A DNA stretch of 63,728 bases, filler included, from Stramenopiles sp. TOSAG23-2 (Eukaryota): assembly GCA_900128395.1 (NCBI GenBank). It is 33 parts of 33 records of this genome, joined end to end, with 100 filler letters (N's around TTAATTAATTAA, not from the genome) between each part and the next. Parts side by side here need not be neighbours in the genome. Positions count along the whole stretch, not along the records: positions 1 to 1,855 come from LT652280.1; positions 1,956 to 3,807 come from LT652281.1; positions 3,908 to 5,759 come from LT652282.1; positions 5,860 to 7,709 come from LT652283.1; positions 7,810 to 9,659 come from LT652284.1; positions 9,760 to 11,608 come from LT652285.1; 27 more parts are not named here. One strand, 5' to 3'. Position 1 is the first letter of the stretch, and each line of letters opens with the position of its first letter. The notes below the pieces were generated by a model. The model did no database searches. It had not been told where the DNA came from and was given only the letters and a program-made list of their open reading frames with translations. Shown piece by piece: positions 1-11,087 of the stretch. The translations under genes and the position numbers were made by a program.

Positions 1-584
1 ATTTTAATAATAGTGAGATAAGATAAAGTAGAGCCAGAGAGTATGCTGTGGTATGCTGGTATGCTGGTATGCTGGGTATGCCTAATGTTGCTAATTTGAG
101 CAAGAAATCAACTCTCACAGACAAAAAGAACTTATATCTCGATATTTTTCAATGCTATGTCCATATTAAATTTATCAAATAGGAAGGCAAGTTCTAGAAA
201 TGTGTGGTGTGGATGTGTGGTTTAAAATTTTCATCTAATGCTATATACCTGGTATGTCGTGATTTGGATCTTTCGAGGTTCATTTATTATACTTGTTAGT
301 ATAATATTTCAGCATGAAAGTTTTCTGCAAGTGGGAAAAAGAAGTAATCTCGATCTTTTTTTTGCACTTTTGTACAAAAAATTATAATCAGCTTTGCTCA
401 ATTAGCTAATGCTATTTATATGCTAGCTAGCTACTGAATGGATCATATTATAAGTATATTAATCACATACAAACGTAAGAATGCAAACACACGAAGATAG
501 AAACATATTTATATATATATATCGGTCAAATAATAAAACAATAAGAAAAACGTTTACGAAATCAAACAATTCTTTATACAAACA

Positions 585-1608
585 ATGAAAACATCACAAT
601 TATTAGTAATTGCAACTATGTTGCTTGCAGCAACATTTGCTAGTGCACAAAAAGGAAAACCAGTTCTTCAAAACCTCGATGTTGGTAAATCCCCACCTTT
701 GTCAGCAGCTATGAGATCTGTATTAATCATGGTTGTTGTATTCTTCATTGTTGAAGTTGGAAGTTATGCATTCAAAGTACAAGGCGAAATCACAAAAATG
801 AAAAATGCTGTTATGAAATGGATGTCAAAGTCGATGCCGTTATGAAAGTTACTGATGGATTTTTGAAAATACGTGGTAGTTATTTTTCAGGCCAATATTC
901 CAAGAAAACGCCAGAGGCATATGTTTTTGCAAAAGAAGGAGATGTACGCATACCATACATCACAGCTCAAACGTCTGATATCAAGACATTGGCAAAATTA
1001 GCAAATGTAACTGTTCTTAAAAATATTGATGACGTACCTGAAGGCTGCTGTGCGCAACCAATTGATGGTGATTTGCAAGTATATGTACAATTAAAGGGTG
1101 TTATTGATTTTGGAAAAGAAGTGACAAAACTAACGAAGGAGTTGGGCAAATTTCAAGGTATGGTGAAAAAAATCGAATCACAAAAATGAAAAATGCTGTT
1201 ATGAAATCGGATGGTGAAGATAAAGGTATGCTTGATGGTGTTGTAAAAATGCCAGCTGAAATCCAAAAACAATTGGATAATATTCGTGACTTTTTACAAA
1301 CCACTGATATGGTAACTAAACAAATCCCAATGCTTTCCATTTTGATCGTATTTGCACGTTTACGCGCAAAGGTTGATCTTGAAGGTACTGATCCTGCAGC
1401 ATACGCACAAAATGCTTTCATTACAATCGGTGTACTGGTTGCAATCCAAGCAGGTGCGCTTTTCCTGGATACATGTGACAACGCAACGTTAAAAATGTTT
1501 AACATTGTTGTTCAAGGATTATGCAAATTATCCATCATGGTATGCGTTGTTATCGTTATTGAATCAATCTTTTCATTGAAAAAAACCGTACCAAAAGTTG
1601 CATTTTAA
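585..1608 (+). CDS. Signal-peptide multi-pass membrane protein of unknown function, split by a foreign insert (~820-1175)
   Basis: ORFs 585..845 and 1186..1608 share KMKNAVMK, encoded by a ~32-bp direct repeat at ~788-819 and ~1176-1207. Removing the insert gives one protein with a signal peptide and several hydrophobic helices. Confidence 0.7.
818..1186 (+). CDS. VARS: Fragment of valyl-tRNA synthetase C-terminal region (chimeric insert)
   Basis: VPEGCCAQPIDGDLQVYVQLKGVIDFGKEVTKLTKELGKFQGMVKKIE matches the pattern of the eukaryotic ValRS anticodon-domain/coiled-coil arm junction. Confidence 0.7.
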
Positions 1609-1855
1609 AGGAATTTGATGTCTACGTCAAGGCAAAGATCATTGATCTATGCAGAAAAGATATTTTAGTATTGACGAGTAAATGGCTAATCCTATTTAAA
1701 AATGTATGTGTACGAAACATTTAAGAGAGAGAGAGAGAGAGATTTTTGAAGAAAAAAGGACTATTATATTAAGTTTAAAGTGACTTTATGATATTGCCAT
1801 TATGAGACTTATTTTTTTAAAATTGGAAAAAAACAAGAATTTAGAGAAAAAGGTG

Positions 1856-1955
1856 NNNNNNNNNNNNNNNNNNNNNNNNNNNNNNNNNNNNNNNNNNNNT
1901 TAATTAATTAANNNNNNNNNNNNNNNNNNNNNNNNNNNNNNNNNNNNNNNNNNNN
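1856..1955. other. Artificial contig spacer N44-TTAATTAATTAA-N44 (first of 32, recurring every ~1.93 kb)
   Basis: Identical linker with stops in all six frames, flanked by N runs. Contig lengths decrease steadily along the window. Confidence 0.99.
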
Positions 1956-2388
1956 CCGTTGATTTAAATATATTTGCAATATGATTGATGGTTGGGTTGT
2001 TGTTGTGTTTTTTCTTTGTTCTTTCTCTCGTCACTTTGTCGTCGTTTGTTCCATTCAACGTTGCTGTTAATGGTTTAATTAATGTATTTAATTGAATTGT
2101 TTCTTTCTTTGTTTGTTTTAATAATGTATTAAATAAAATATTTGAATCAAATTTGTTATTTCTTGTTGTTGTATTGTTGGTTGTATTATAATATAACGTG
2201 GATGTTTGTTGTTGTTGTTGTTGTTGTTGTGATTGTTTCATATTATCATTATTATTATTGTTTCTAGGTAATATGGATAATATCGGTGTTGTTGTTTTCC
2301 ATTTACCACCACGATGTTGTTCACGTTGAAAACGTTTTGTCCATGCATTTGTTGTATTTAATAATACATTATGTTGTTGATTTATCAT
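1956..2388 (-). CDS. 5' part of a low-complexity (N/Q/T-rich) hypothetical protein, truncated by contig end
   Basis: Open frame from ATG 2388 (MINQQHNVLL...) to the spacer. Confidence 0.45.
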
Positions 2389-2796
2389 TTTATGTTTTGT
2401 TTCTTTTTTTGGAAGAAAATGAATAATGTTGTCAAAAATTAAGAAAATGATGTTGTTGATGTGAAAATTCAAAAACAAGAAAAAAAAACCACCGTCAGAT
2501 TCAAATAATTTTTTTTCTACCGACCGCAATCACAAATAAATAAATACACACAGATATCTATCTCTCTATATATATAACGAGAGTATCACGCAAATAAAGT
2601 TATCTACATCCATCTATACATCTACATCAATAGGATAGATAGGCTTCAAAGTCCCTTTGGGAGAGCGAAAAAAGGCTGTAAAATTTAACTGCCATTTCCT
2701 ATATATCACCTATCAAAGCGAATACTTGTTTGTACTTGAAGGGGTCAAAATTCGTATTGTCATTGAGTTCGAAGTTTGTCAAATTATCAATATTTA

Positions 2797-3341
2797 TACT
2801 TAAATAGGATATTAGAATACGAACACTTTCTTTTTCGGAAAAGTTGTTCAGTGTTATTTATATGCTAAATGCTAATTACAAAACCTTAAATCACAACACT
2901 GGTTGACCGATTTATACTTAAATAGGATATTAGAATACGAACACTTTCTCTTTCGGAAAAGTTGTTCAGTGTTATTTATATGCTAAATGCTAAATTACAA
3001 CATATAAATAGCATTGTATCTTATTTCTATGCTAATCTGTACATTATTCTATAGGATATATGATTGTACTTGAATGGTATATTAGAATACTAAATCGATT
3101 TCGAAAAATCTGAAAACTCGAGTACTTACCTATCATATTCTCATATATTATACTTGAATGGTATATTAGAATACGATATCAAATCTGCAAAATGCAAAAA
3201 TGCAAAAATCTAAAATCTCGCCGAGTACTTACCTATCATATTCTCATATATTATACTTGAAGTAGATATTAGAATACGATATCAACGATTTCCAGCAATA
3301 ATAGGACACAGAAGTTGTACTTGAAGGGGGTATTAGAATAC
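2797..3341 (+). repeat. Array of six copies of the bipartite 24-bp motif TACTTRAA-N5-TATTAGAATAC
   Basis: Copies start at 2797, 2915, 3067, 3151, 3254 and 3318. A half site lies at ~2733. Confidence 0.9.
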
Positions 3342-3773
3342 CAATGACGTCATCCACTTCGTTATTTTTTGTGATCTTTTTTTTCTTTTTCTTTTTTTTT
3401 TTAGGAAATATGATAGGTATATTATCTCCTTTAGTATACGTTTAAGTATGAATATCCACGCATTTGAACCCCAACTATCACTGACTATATATATATATCA
3501 TAAATATATGTGGATATACACATAAATGTCAATAACAGAATAGAATAAATATAATATTATAATAACCAAGTTATATATACACATATAATATTAATAATAA
3601 TAGTAATAAAAAACAAGAAAAGAAAACAAAGGCAACTGGAAAAAAAAAATTTTGAACATTTTACATTTTCCCAAATTTTAACTTTTTTTCTTTTTTAATC
3701 AATTTCCCTATAAATTTACCTTTTAGATAATAATAATATATATATATATATAATATATACAGTAAAACAAACA

Positions 3774-3804
<31 letters not shown>

Positions 3805-3907
3805 TTANNNNNNNNNNNNNNNNNNNNNNNNNNNNNNNNNNNNNNNNNNNNTTAATTAATTAANNNNNNNNNNNNNNNNNNNNNNNNNNNNNNNNNNNNN
3901 NNNNNNN

Positions 3908-4119
3908 AATTCATGTATTTTTGTCTTTGATTTTACATCATATATAGTTGTTTTATTTGCATTATCCCCAGTTGCCAATAATCTACCATCATTTGAAAAT
4001 GATACACTTAATACACTAGCATCGTGTATAAATTCATGTATTCCAAAAGTTTCATTAGAAGGAATCTCTTTTATTTCTTTTGTTTCGTCCATCGGTTGTA
4101 TTTGCCTTGTTTTCAACAT
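3908..4119 (-). CDS. WD40-repeat protein, 5' fragment
   Basis: HDASVLSVSFSNDGRLLATGDNANKTTIYD is a typical WD40 blade. A second repeat (KIHE) begins at the contig end. Confidence 0.8.
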
Positions 4120-4633
4120 CGTAACCTCGCTTCCTTGATGATATGATATATTATATATGTGTCTCTTTCCATTATGCCTCATCAAACATACACACATGTA
4201 TATATATTTTATCAAATGCAATAATAATGTGTTATTCGTTACACACAAAACAAGAAGAAGCAAATTTCACCCATCACAACAAAATAACATACAAATAGCA
4301 TTAAAGAACGGTACATGTTTTATTTTTAGGTGAAAAATCAACAATGGGTTACAGAAAAAATTAAAATCGTTGTCAAACAAAAATTTCGAGGGGTACAAAA
4401 TTTTCAAAAACGTTTTTAAGTTCTAATATAAATACGTAGTTCCTACACACACGCACACACACACTTCTTTTCGTAATATTAAAATTTTCGATTTTCCTCC
4501 TACACTACACAATTTTTGATATTAATGCACTTTTAAATACAGCTGCGCCACAAACGAACAATTTCATTTTAAACAATTTCTGCCTTGGTGCTATATATTA
4601 TAATTTTATCACTTTCACTCTCTCTCTCTCTCT

Positions 4634-5722
4634 CTAATCACCATCATCTTTCTTACTTTTATCTTTTTTTCTTCTCGGTCTACGTCGTGGATATTTTTCT
4701 ACTTTTGGTGTATGTTGGCCTTGTCCATCTACTTGATATGGTTTCGACGTATCCCTCCATCGAACACGATTTACAGGACCACTTGTTTTAATACGATACA
4801 TTGCCCCACCAGTTGGTTTAATTTGTTGAATAATAACTGCATGATCAAGTGGGTGTTCACCAAATTGATGTTTGTACCATTTATACATTCCCATTTGTCC
4901 ATATATTCTTGCTTGTAATAAAACGGCACGTTCCGCACGTTTCATTATCTTTTCCGGTAATGTATTTCTGTATGCAATTGCAAATCCATCTGCCTCTTTC
5001 GTATCTACAGCCCGCCCTTCAATGATACAATCCAATATATAATCAGGTTTTGGATCTAGTTTTTGCAAATCAATGCGTAATTCCTCATGGGCTAATCGAT
5101 TATATTCCACTGAATTTATTTTTAATGCATCATCTGCTGGATTATGAGCAGAAAGACCAAAGATGGTATATTCAAAAAAAAAATTAGGCATTTTAACATG
5201 ACCTGGACCTTCTGGGGAAATATCATGTTCATTACCTAAATTTAATTGAAATGCAACTTCTTCATCATCGTAATCATCTAATGGTAACCACATTGTGGTT
5301 ACTGCATGATTCCAATTATGTCCAATGGCACGATGTGTAGATGGATCTGGCCAATCCCAATATCTAACACGTTGTTTTTCATTTAATCCACTTTCTGGAT
5401 TTAATACTTTTTTGGCACGAAAATATTGTGTAGTAAAATATGCCAATGACAATCCAGTGATTAATATGAAGACAATCGTTTCACAGCAATATTTTTCAAA
5501 ACATGTGCGCTTACGCATTATTCTACGTTTTTTCTTACCAGACGAAGTAACTCTTAAATGTTTTGGTGATGGAGGAATATTTGCCATATTATCCGTTGTT
5601 CTTTTACGTTGTCTTGTTTTTGAAGTTGTTGCTTCGTTTATATATTTATCGTAACGTATGTCGTCCTCATCTTCATCTGTTGATGTCCAATCTGTACTAT
5701 ATTCATCTCTATCAACATACAT
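4634..5722 (-). CDS. Hypothetical type II single-pass membrane protein (~362 aa)
   Basis: Long ORF with an acidic/basic N-terminus, one TM helix (IVFILITGLSLAYF) and an unrecognised globular region. Confidence 0.75.
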   Translation of the reverse strand: MYVDRDEYSTDWTSTDEDEDDIRYDKYINEATTSKTRQRKRTTDNMANIPPSPKHLRVTSSGKKKRRIMRKRTCFEKYCCETIVFILITGLSLAYFTTQYFRAKKVLNPESGLNEKQRVRYWDWPDPSTHRAIGHNWNHAVTTMWLPLDDYDDEEVAFQLNLGNEHDISPEGPGHVKMPNFFFEYTIFGLSAHNPADDALKINSVEYNRLAHEELRIDLQKLDPKPDYILDCIIEGRAVDTKEADGFAIAYRNTLPEKIMKRAERAVLLQARIYGQMGMYKWYKHQFGEHPLDHAVIIQQIKPTGGAMYRIKTSGPVNRVRWRDTSKPYQVDGQGQHTPKVEKYPRRRPRRKKDKSKKDDGD

Positions 5723-6289
5723 CAATGATGATGATGGGCGGCAATTTTTTTTGTGGAGTNNNNNNNNNNNNNNNNNNNNNNNNNNNNNNNNNNNNNNNNN
5801 NNNTTAATTAATTAANNNNNNNNNNNNNNNNNNNNNNNNNNNNNNNNNNNNNNNNNNNNGAATACAATAACTGAGACAAATCTATCTCACTAAACTGAAA
5901 GATGGACAATGAATCGTAACATCACGATAGAGTTCATTGAAATCCACAGAGTGTGCCTATATATAATTTAGTTTACGCATTTAATTTATTTTTTAATTTA
6001 CTCATATGATAATTCCTACTCTTCAAAAGAATACAATAACTGAGAGACAATATATATATAAATCTATGTGTGTCATATGTCGTGTACTTTACACTACAAT
6101 GGCCTATTGCATGATGATGTATTACTATCATACAATTCCCACTGCCACTATTGAGTTATACATAATTCAAAATTTTTGATAATTACTTGATATGTGTTAA
6201 TTTCATGAAAAATGTGTGAGGAGAAAAAATAAAAAACATATCTAGAGAGACACATTTTCACACGAACATGCTATTAAAAAACAAATATC

Positions 6290-7225
6290 TTAGTCTTCGT
6301 ATAGGTGATTTACAAAGGCTCTATACTTTTCAACGAAAAGAAACATCATTACGGTGTGGCCCCCACCACGTGCAAAATATGCTGGAAAACCTTTCCAAAG
6401 TGCAAATAGACCTTCTTGTCTTGGTATTTTCAATAATGCATCGCCAATACTAGTATATTTCAACGTACCATCAGCTAGCGGCAATTGATTTTGCATTCGA
6501 GTTTTAGTGATATCCAAAGGCAATGAAGCTATACAATATACAAAACCAGCACTTACACTTGCACTTAAGTGCAACAATGTACCTTCATGTTTAATAATAT
6601 TATAATCGAGTAACATTTCTTTAAATTGGTCATACGAAGCAAGTTGTGTCATAGATACAACTGCACCACGTGTTACTGTTGGCACAACCCCCCTCCATAA
6701 AGTCGCTATGCCTTCATTTGATGCTGTTTTATATATAGCATCAAAAACATTTTTATAGCCTCTTCTTAATTCTGGTGCAGCCACTCCATCTGCTTGCATA
6801 CGGACCAATGCCACTTCAACGGGGCAACATACAGTAGCAGCAATACCACCGGCTGATAAACCACACAATAATTTTTCCCCTATAGATAAATGATGCGGTG
6901 ACTTTTGATTATTATTATTATTATTTTTATTTTTACTATGTATTAACTTGGACGTAAAAACATCATAAAGACCTAGACGACTGGTTGTGTAACTAAATTG
7001 CCGTGCAGCAGCAGCAGATAGACCACTGTACATCCCTTTGAGTCCTTCCATCCTATAAATTTGACTAAAGGCCCTAATAGCACTGATATTTTTTCCTTCA
7101 TTAATTTGCATTCTAACTTTCAAAACATCGAATGGATGTACAAACATCCATCCAGAAAATCCGCCAATACCTGCAATGGCAAACTTTGTCCATGCCGGGG
7201 GTACATTTTTATTATTGTTGGGCAT
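6290..7225 (-). CDS. Mitochondrial carrier, 2-oxoglutarate/malate (OGC/DIC/DTC-like) subfamily
   Basis: Three Px[DE]xx[KR]xR-type signatures (PFDVLKVRMQ, PVEVALVRMQ, PLDITKTRMQ), plus YSGLSAAAARQFSYTTSRLGLY and VRMQADG, typical of OGC/DIC. Confidence 0.93.
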   Translation of the reverse strand: MPNNNKNVPPAWTKFAIAGIGGFSGWMFVHPFDVLKVRMQINEGKNISAIRAFSQIYRMEGLKGMYSGLSAAAARQFSYTTSRLGLYDVFTSKLIHSKNKNNNNNNQKSPHHLSIGEKLLCGLSAGGIAATVCCPVEVALVRMQADGVAAPELRRGYKNVFDAIYKTASNEGIATLWRGVVPTVTRGAVVSMTQLASYDQFKEMLLDYNIIKHEGTLLHLSASVSAGFVYCIASLPLDITKTRMQNQLPLADGTLKYTSIGDALLKIPRQEGLFALWKGFPAYFARGGGHTVMMFLFVEKYRAFVNHLYED

Positions 7226-7809
7226 ATTAAGTATTAGGTAGGCTACTGTATTGTTATCTCCTAAGACTATTATCCGAAATGATTCAGTATGTATAGTATG
7301 TCATTTTACATCTATCTCTACTTTTTATACAGCAGTACATTTTGTGATCCGTCGATAATTTATTATTTATTGCCTATTTATAATATAAGACTATGCCAGT
7401 ATGATGTAGTCCTGGTAGTCCCACTATTACATTCACATCACCACAATTATGTGTGTACTTTTTTAAGGTAATTTAGTAACCTAACATATCTTAATAGTTG
7501 AATTTAACATTATCTCAGGTTAGAATATTTAGAATTATAAATATAAAAATAAAATTCCTTAAACGTAGATTTTGTATTATACGGATGGATTGGCGGAGTA
7601 ATGGTGGTATGCATACAAACCAGACAAAAGGCACCAAAGAAATACATTTAAATATAAAAATATATATTTTCTCTCTATCTCTCTCTATAAAAATACAAAC
7701 ACACTCTGTNNNNNNNNNNNNNNNNNNNNNNNNNNNNNNNNNNNNNNNNNNNNTTAATTAATTAANNNNNNNNNNNNNNNNNNNNNNNNNNNNNNNNNNN
7801 NNNNNNNNN

Positions 7810-7974
7810 GAATCTGATGATGTTGATTTTAAAGACGATGCATTAGCTGATTTGAAACGATTAAGTGCCGATGAAGATAATAATAATAGTAATGTTTGTA
7901 ATACGCCTCGTAGTAAGAAGCGATTAAGTAAAGACAGTATAGACGCAGTTTCCTCAAAAAAGCAAAAAAAGTAA
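7810..7974 (+). CDS. 3' end of an unidentified gene with a basic C-terminus
   Basis: Open frame from contig start (ESDDVDFKDD...SSKKQKK*). Confidence 0.45.
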   Translation, partial: ESDDVDFKDDALADLKRLSADEDNNNSNVCNTPRSKKRLSKDSIDAVSSKKQKK

Positions 7975-8314
7975 AAGGAAAAATAACCTAGTGTGTGTGT
8001 GTGCATAAAAATGTAAAAAGTACGAAAAATAATATAAAAATATCTTAATTTAAAAAAAAATATTTTTTAATATTTTCATGTGTGTGTATTAATAAATATT
8101 ATTATACGTTCGTAATTAATATTTTTTCATAAATCGTGTGGTATATATTAACATTATATTTATATTTTTCAAAATTAAAAGTAACACACTACAAAAAAAT
8201 CTCAAAATTTTTTATGACACATTAATATCTCTATAGTAAAATTTACGAAGTTCGTAAACATTATGATGCATTTTACCATACTCCCCCATATTTGATGATA
8301 TAGATTCTAATTTA

Positions 8315-9049
8315 CTATCGCTGACCACCATACTTTAATCGAAGATCAACTGCAACAAAAAATTCTATAATTACTTTATGAGTAGGGCTTCTAGCTACAT
8401 AAGCTTTCTTACTTTTTTCATTAAATATTAATTGTATGCCACGTTGTACAAATTTAATTAATTCTTCCGGTTCAATCAAAGCATTTCCATCTTGATCAAT
8501 GCTTTGTAAAATTTCTGTACATATTTTTATAGACACGTCATGTTTTGTAAACGCTTCAATCATATTTCGAGCTTCTATTGGATTTAATGCTCCATCTTTA
8601 TCTTGATCAAAAATAGGAAACACTTTTTCCACAAATTGAACAATTCTTTCATCAAGTTCTGCATATTTTTTGTTTCTTGGTAACACTTTTTTAGATGATG
8701 AAACAGGCATGGTCATTCTTCTTTGAGTTTTTGAACGATTTCCCACTCTCATATTTGCAACAACATTTTCGTCTACAAAGTTATCTATATGTTTTCGCCT
8801 TGCATGATTCCATTTTTTAGAATCTCCACCAAAACATTTCATAAATATCAAAATACAAATAACTTCAGTCACATTGAAAAAAACGAAGAGATCTAATACT
8901 GTAATTGCTGCATGACCCGCGCTAAATACTAATACATTTGTTTCTTTTGTCTTCCAGACAAAACGCATACCATATGCATCTGTAGAACGGGTTCTTTTAT
9001 CTAAACTAGTTGGTACGGATGGATATATGGTTCTTTGCCAATTTAAATA
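8315..9049 (-). CDS. C-terminal part of a membrane protein: P2X-receptor-like pre-TM2/TM2 segment followed by an EF-hand pair; 5' part missing
   Basis: Frame is open upstream of the tracked Met: ...RTRSTDAYGMRFVWK, then a hydrophobic helix. EF loops DQDKDGALNPIE and DQDGNALIEPEE. The EF hands are clear; the P2X call is tentative. Confidence 0.6.
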   Translation of the reverse strand, partial: YLNWQRTIYPSVPTSLDKRTRSTDAYGMRFVWKTKETNVLVFSAGHAAITVLDLFVFFNVTEVICILIFMKCFGGDSKKWNHARRKHIDNFVDENVVANMRVGNRSKTQRRMTMPVSSSKKVLPRNKKYAELDERIVQFVEKVFPIFDQDKDGALNPIEARNMIEAFTKHDVSIKICTEILQSIDQDGNALIEPEELIKFVQRGIQLIFNEKSKKAYVARSPTHKVIIEFFVAVDLRLKYGGQR

Positions 9050-9759
9050 TTAAAGATGGAGAGAGGAAAAGGATAATGATTGTTGTGGTAGATTACCAAA
9101 TAATCGCAGATCGAGATCACTAGCAAAACGAAGATCAAGACCTTCGTTCTCAATCTCCTGCGCGACTTAAAGAAGATTGGCTAGCCGCTAAGGAATTCTT
9201 CAAGTTGTGAAAGAATTAAGTTTTGATGTTGTCGTTGAAGCTACACCACGTATTACTGAAGCTGTGGCTAGAGAATTCGAGAAGAAGATGAAGTATAAAA
9301 TGTGTGGTATATATACGTACAAATTATTGACACGTATGATAAAATATATTCGTACGAAGTATATTTTATTTGATGATATGTACATAACAGTGATTAGGGG
9401 ATGATTTCTATAAAAATATAGTATATAGGGTATTTTTAAGTGCAATATATAGTACACTAAGTATGGATATTGTGATTTTACCCACAGTACCGAATCGTAA
9501 AAATACTGTACCGCACAATATCTCTTTTACGAATACGAATTACACTTTCGCTTTTTTATAATAATATTTAATCACTATCACTATCTGAAAATGTTTTTTT
9601 CGTTGCAGTTAACCCAATTAAATCTTCCTTTGGACCGAACCTTCCATACGTTTTAATATNNNNNNNNNNNNNNNNNNNNNNNNNNNNNNNNNNNNNNNNN
9701 NNNTTAATTAATTAANNNNNNNNNNNNNNNNNNNNNNNNNNNNNNNNNNNNNNNNNNNN

Positions 9760-9806
9760 GGGAGTAAAAGAATTTTATATAACATATGAGTAAGAGAAAA
9801 ACACAT
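9760..9806 (-). repeat. Dispersed ~47-bp element A (also 15364-15410 on +, degenerate at ~41347-41409, partial at 9893-9914)
   Basis: TGTGTTTTTCTCTTACTCATATGTTATATAAAATTCTTTTACTCCC is shared by two unlinked contigs. Confidence 0.9.
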
Positions 9807-9811
9807 ATATG

Positions 9812-9851
<40 letters not shown>

Positions 9852-9922
9852 TTTAAATTTTAAGTAAGAGAATTTTTTATATATATAAATTATATGAGTA
9901 AGAGAAAAACACATATATGAAT

Positions 9923-11087
9923 TTACTCCAATGTATCCAATGCTCTCATTCCACTACCGCCAGGTCCAGACCAAGTATCTGGTTTGTTGCCTAAAATCTC
10001 ATCAATGTCCTTCATATTTTTCGCAGTAATTTTTTTGGCAATTTCAAGAGACCCAAGGTTTTCTTCCAATTGACTTACTTTAGTAGCGCCAAGTAAGACT
10101 GTTGTGACATTTTTATTTTTTAAACACCATGCTAATGCAAGTTGAGCAACGCTACAATCAAAATTTTCTTTGGCATATGTAGTCAAAGTTCGTACTTTTT
10201 CAATCGACCCGTCACTCACGAAAGAGTCTAATCGCTTTTTCAGCCATTCATAACCTTTTTGATTCATGCGTGAATCTTCTGGTATACCATCATTGTATTT
10301 ACCTGTTATTAAACCCGATTTTAGAGGGCTCCAAATGGTTGTGCCAATGTTATATGGCCTAATGTAAAACAAAATTAAATATTGTGAGAAAAGAATAATA
10401 GAAGAAAAAGAATAAAGTAACAATTATGCAACTTACGCTTGAAACATTGGAAAATATTCTTTTTCAAATCGATCTCTTGTAAACATATTATATTGCGGTT
10501 GTTCCATTTGTGGTGGTACACAACCTTCCGTTTTCGCAATCCAATAAGCTTCTGTAATTTGCTGGGCACTCCATTCTGAGGTACCCCAAGCAGTTGCCTT
10601 ACCAGATCGTACAATATCTGACATGCATCTAACAACAGTTGCTGTTGGCGTGAATGGGTCTGGGCGATGGCAAAATACTAAATCCACATAATCAGCTTGC
10701 AAACGTTTCAATGATGCGTCCATGCCTTCATTAATATGTTTTCTGGAAAGGCCTTTTTCATTGACACCATCCCCTCCCCAAAAAATCTTTGTAGTAATCA
10801 AAATATCAGATCTTCTCCAAGCAGTTGGATCTTCAGCTCGTAACTGTGTTATTGCTTCTCCCATAATACGCTCAGCCTCACCACGTGGACTACCATAAGT
10901 TTCAGCATTATCAAACAAATTGATACCATTTTTCCTTGCAACTCTCAAAATATCTTTTGCCATATCAATACCTGCTTGTTTCGTCAAGCGTTCTTTAGAG
11001 CCATACGTCGCCCAAAATCCAAAAGAACAAACCAGTGTTACCCATAATACGGTATAACATTTTTTCTCCGACTGCTAATGAAGTCAT
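9923..11087 (-). CDS. Aldo-keto reductase, voltage-gated K+ channel beta-subunit (AKR6) type; intron 10359-10436; apparent frameshift at ~11027
   Basis: MLYRIMGNTGL / SFGFWATYG, GINLFDNAETYG, ITTKIFWGG, GLSRKHI, VDLVFCHRPD, WGTSEWSA, MEQPQYNM, WSPLKSG. GTAAGT...TAG intron restores FQAPY. Confidence 0.92.

Noticed and set aside
2797-3341. CRISPR array interpretation of the 24-bp repeats
   Set aside because: The repeat core varies, spacing is irregular (64-152 bp), intervening sequences are partly duplicated, no cas genes are present and the context is eukaryotic.
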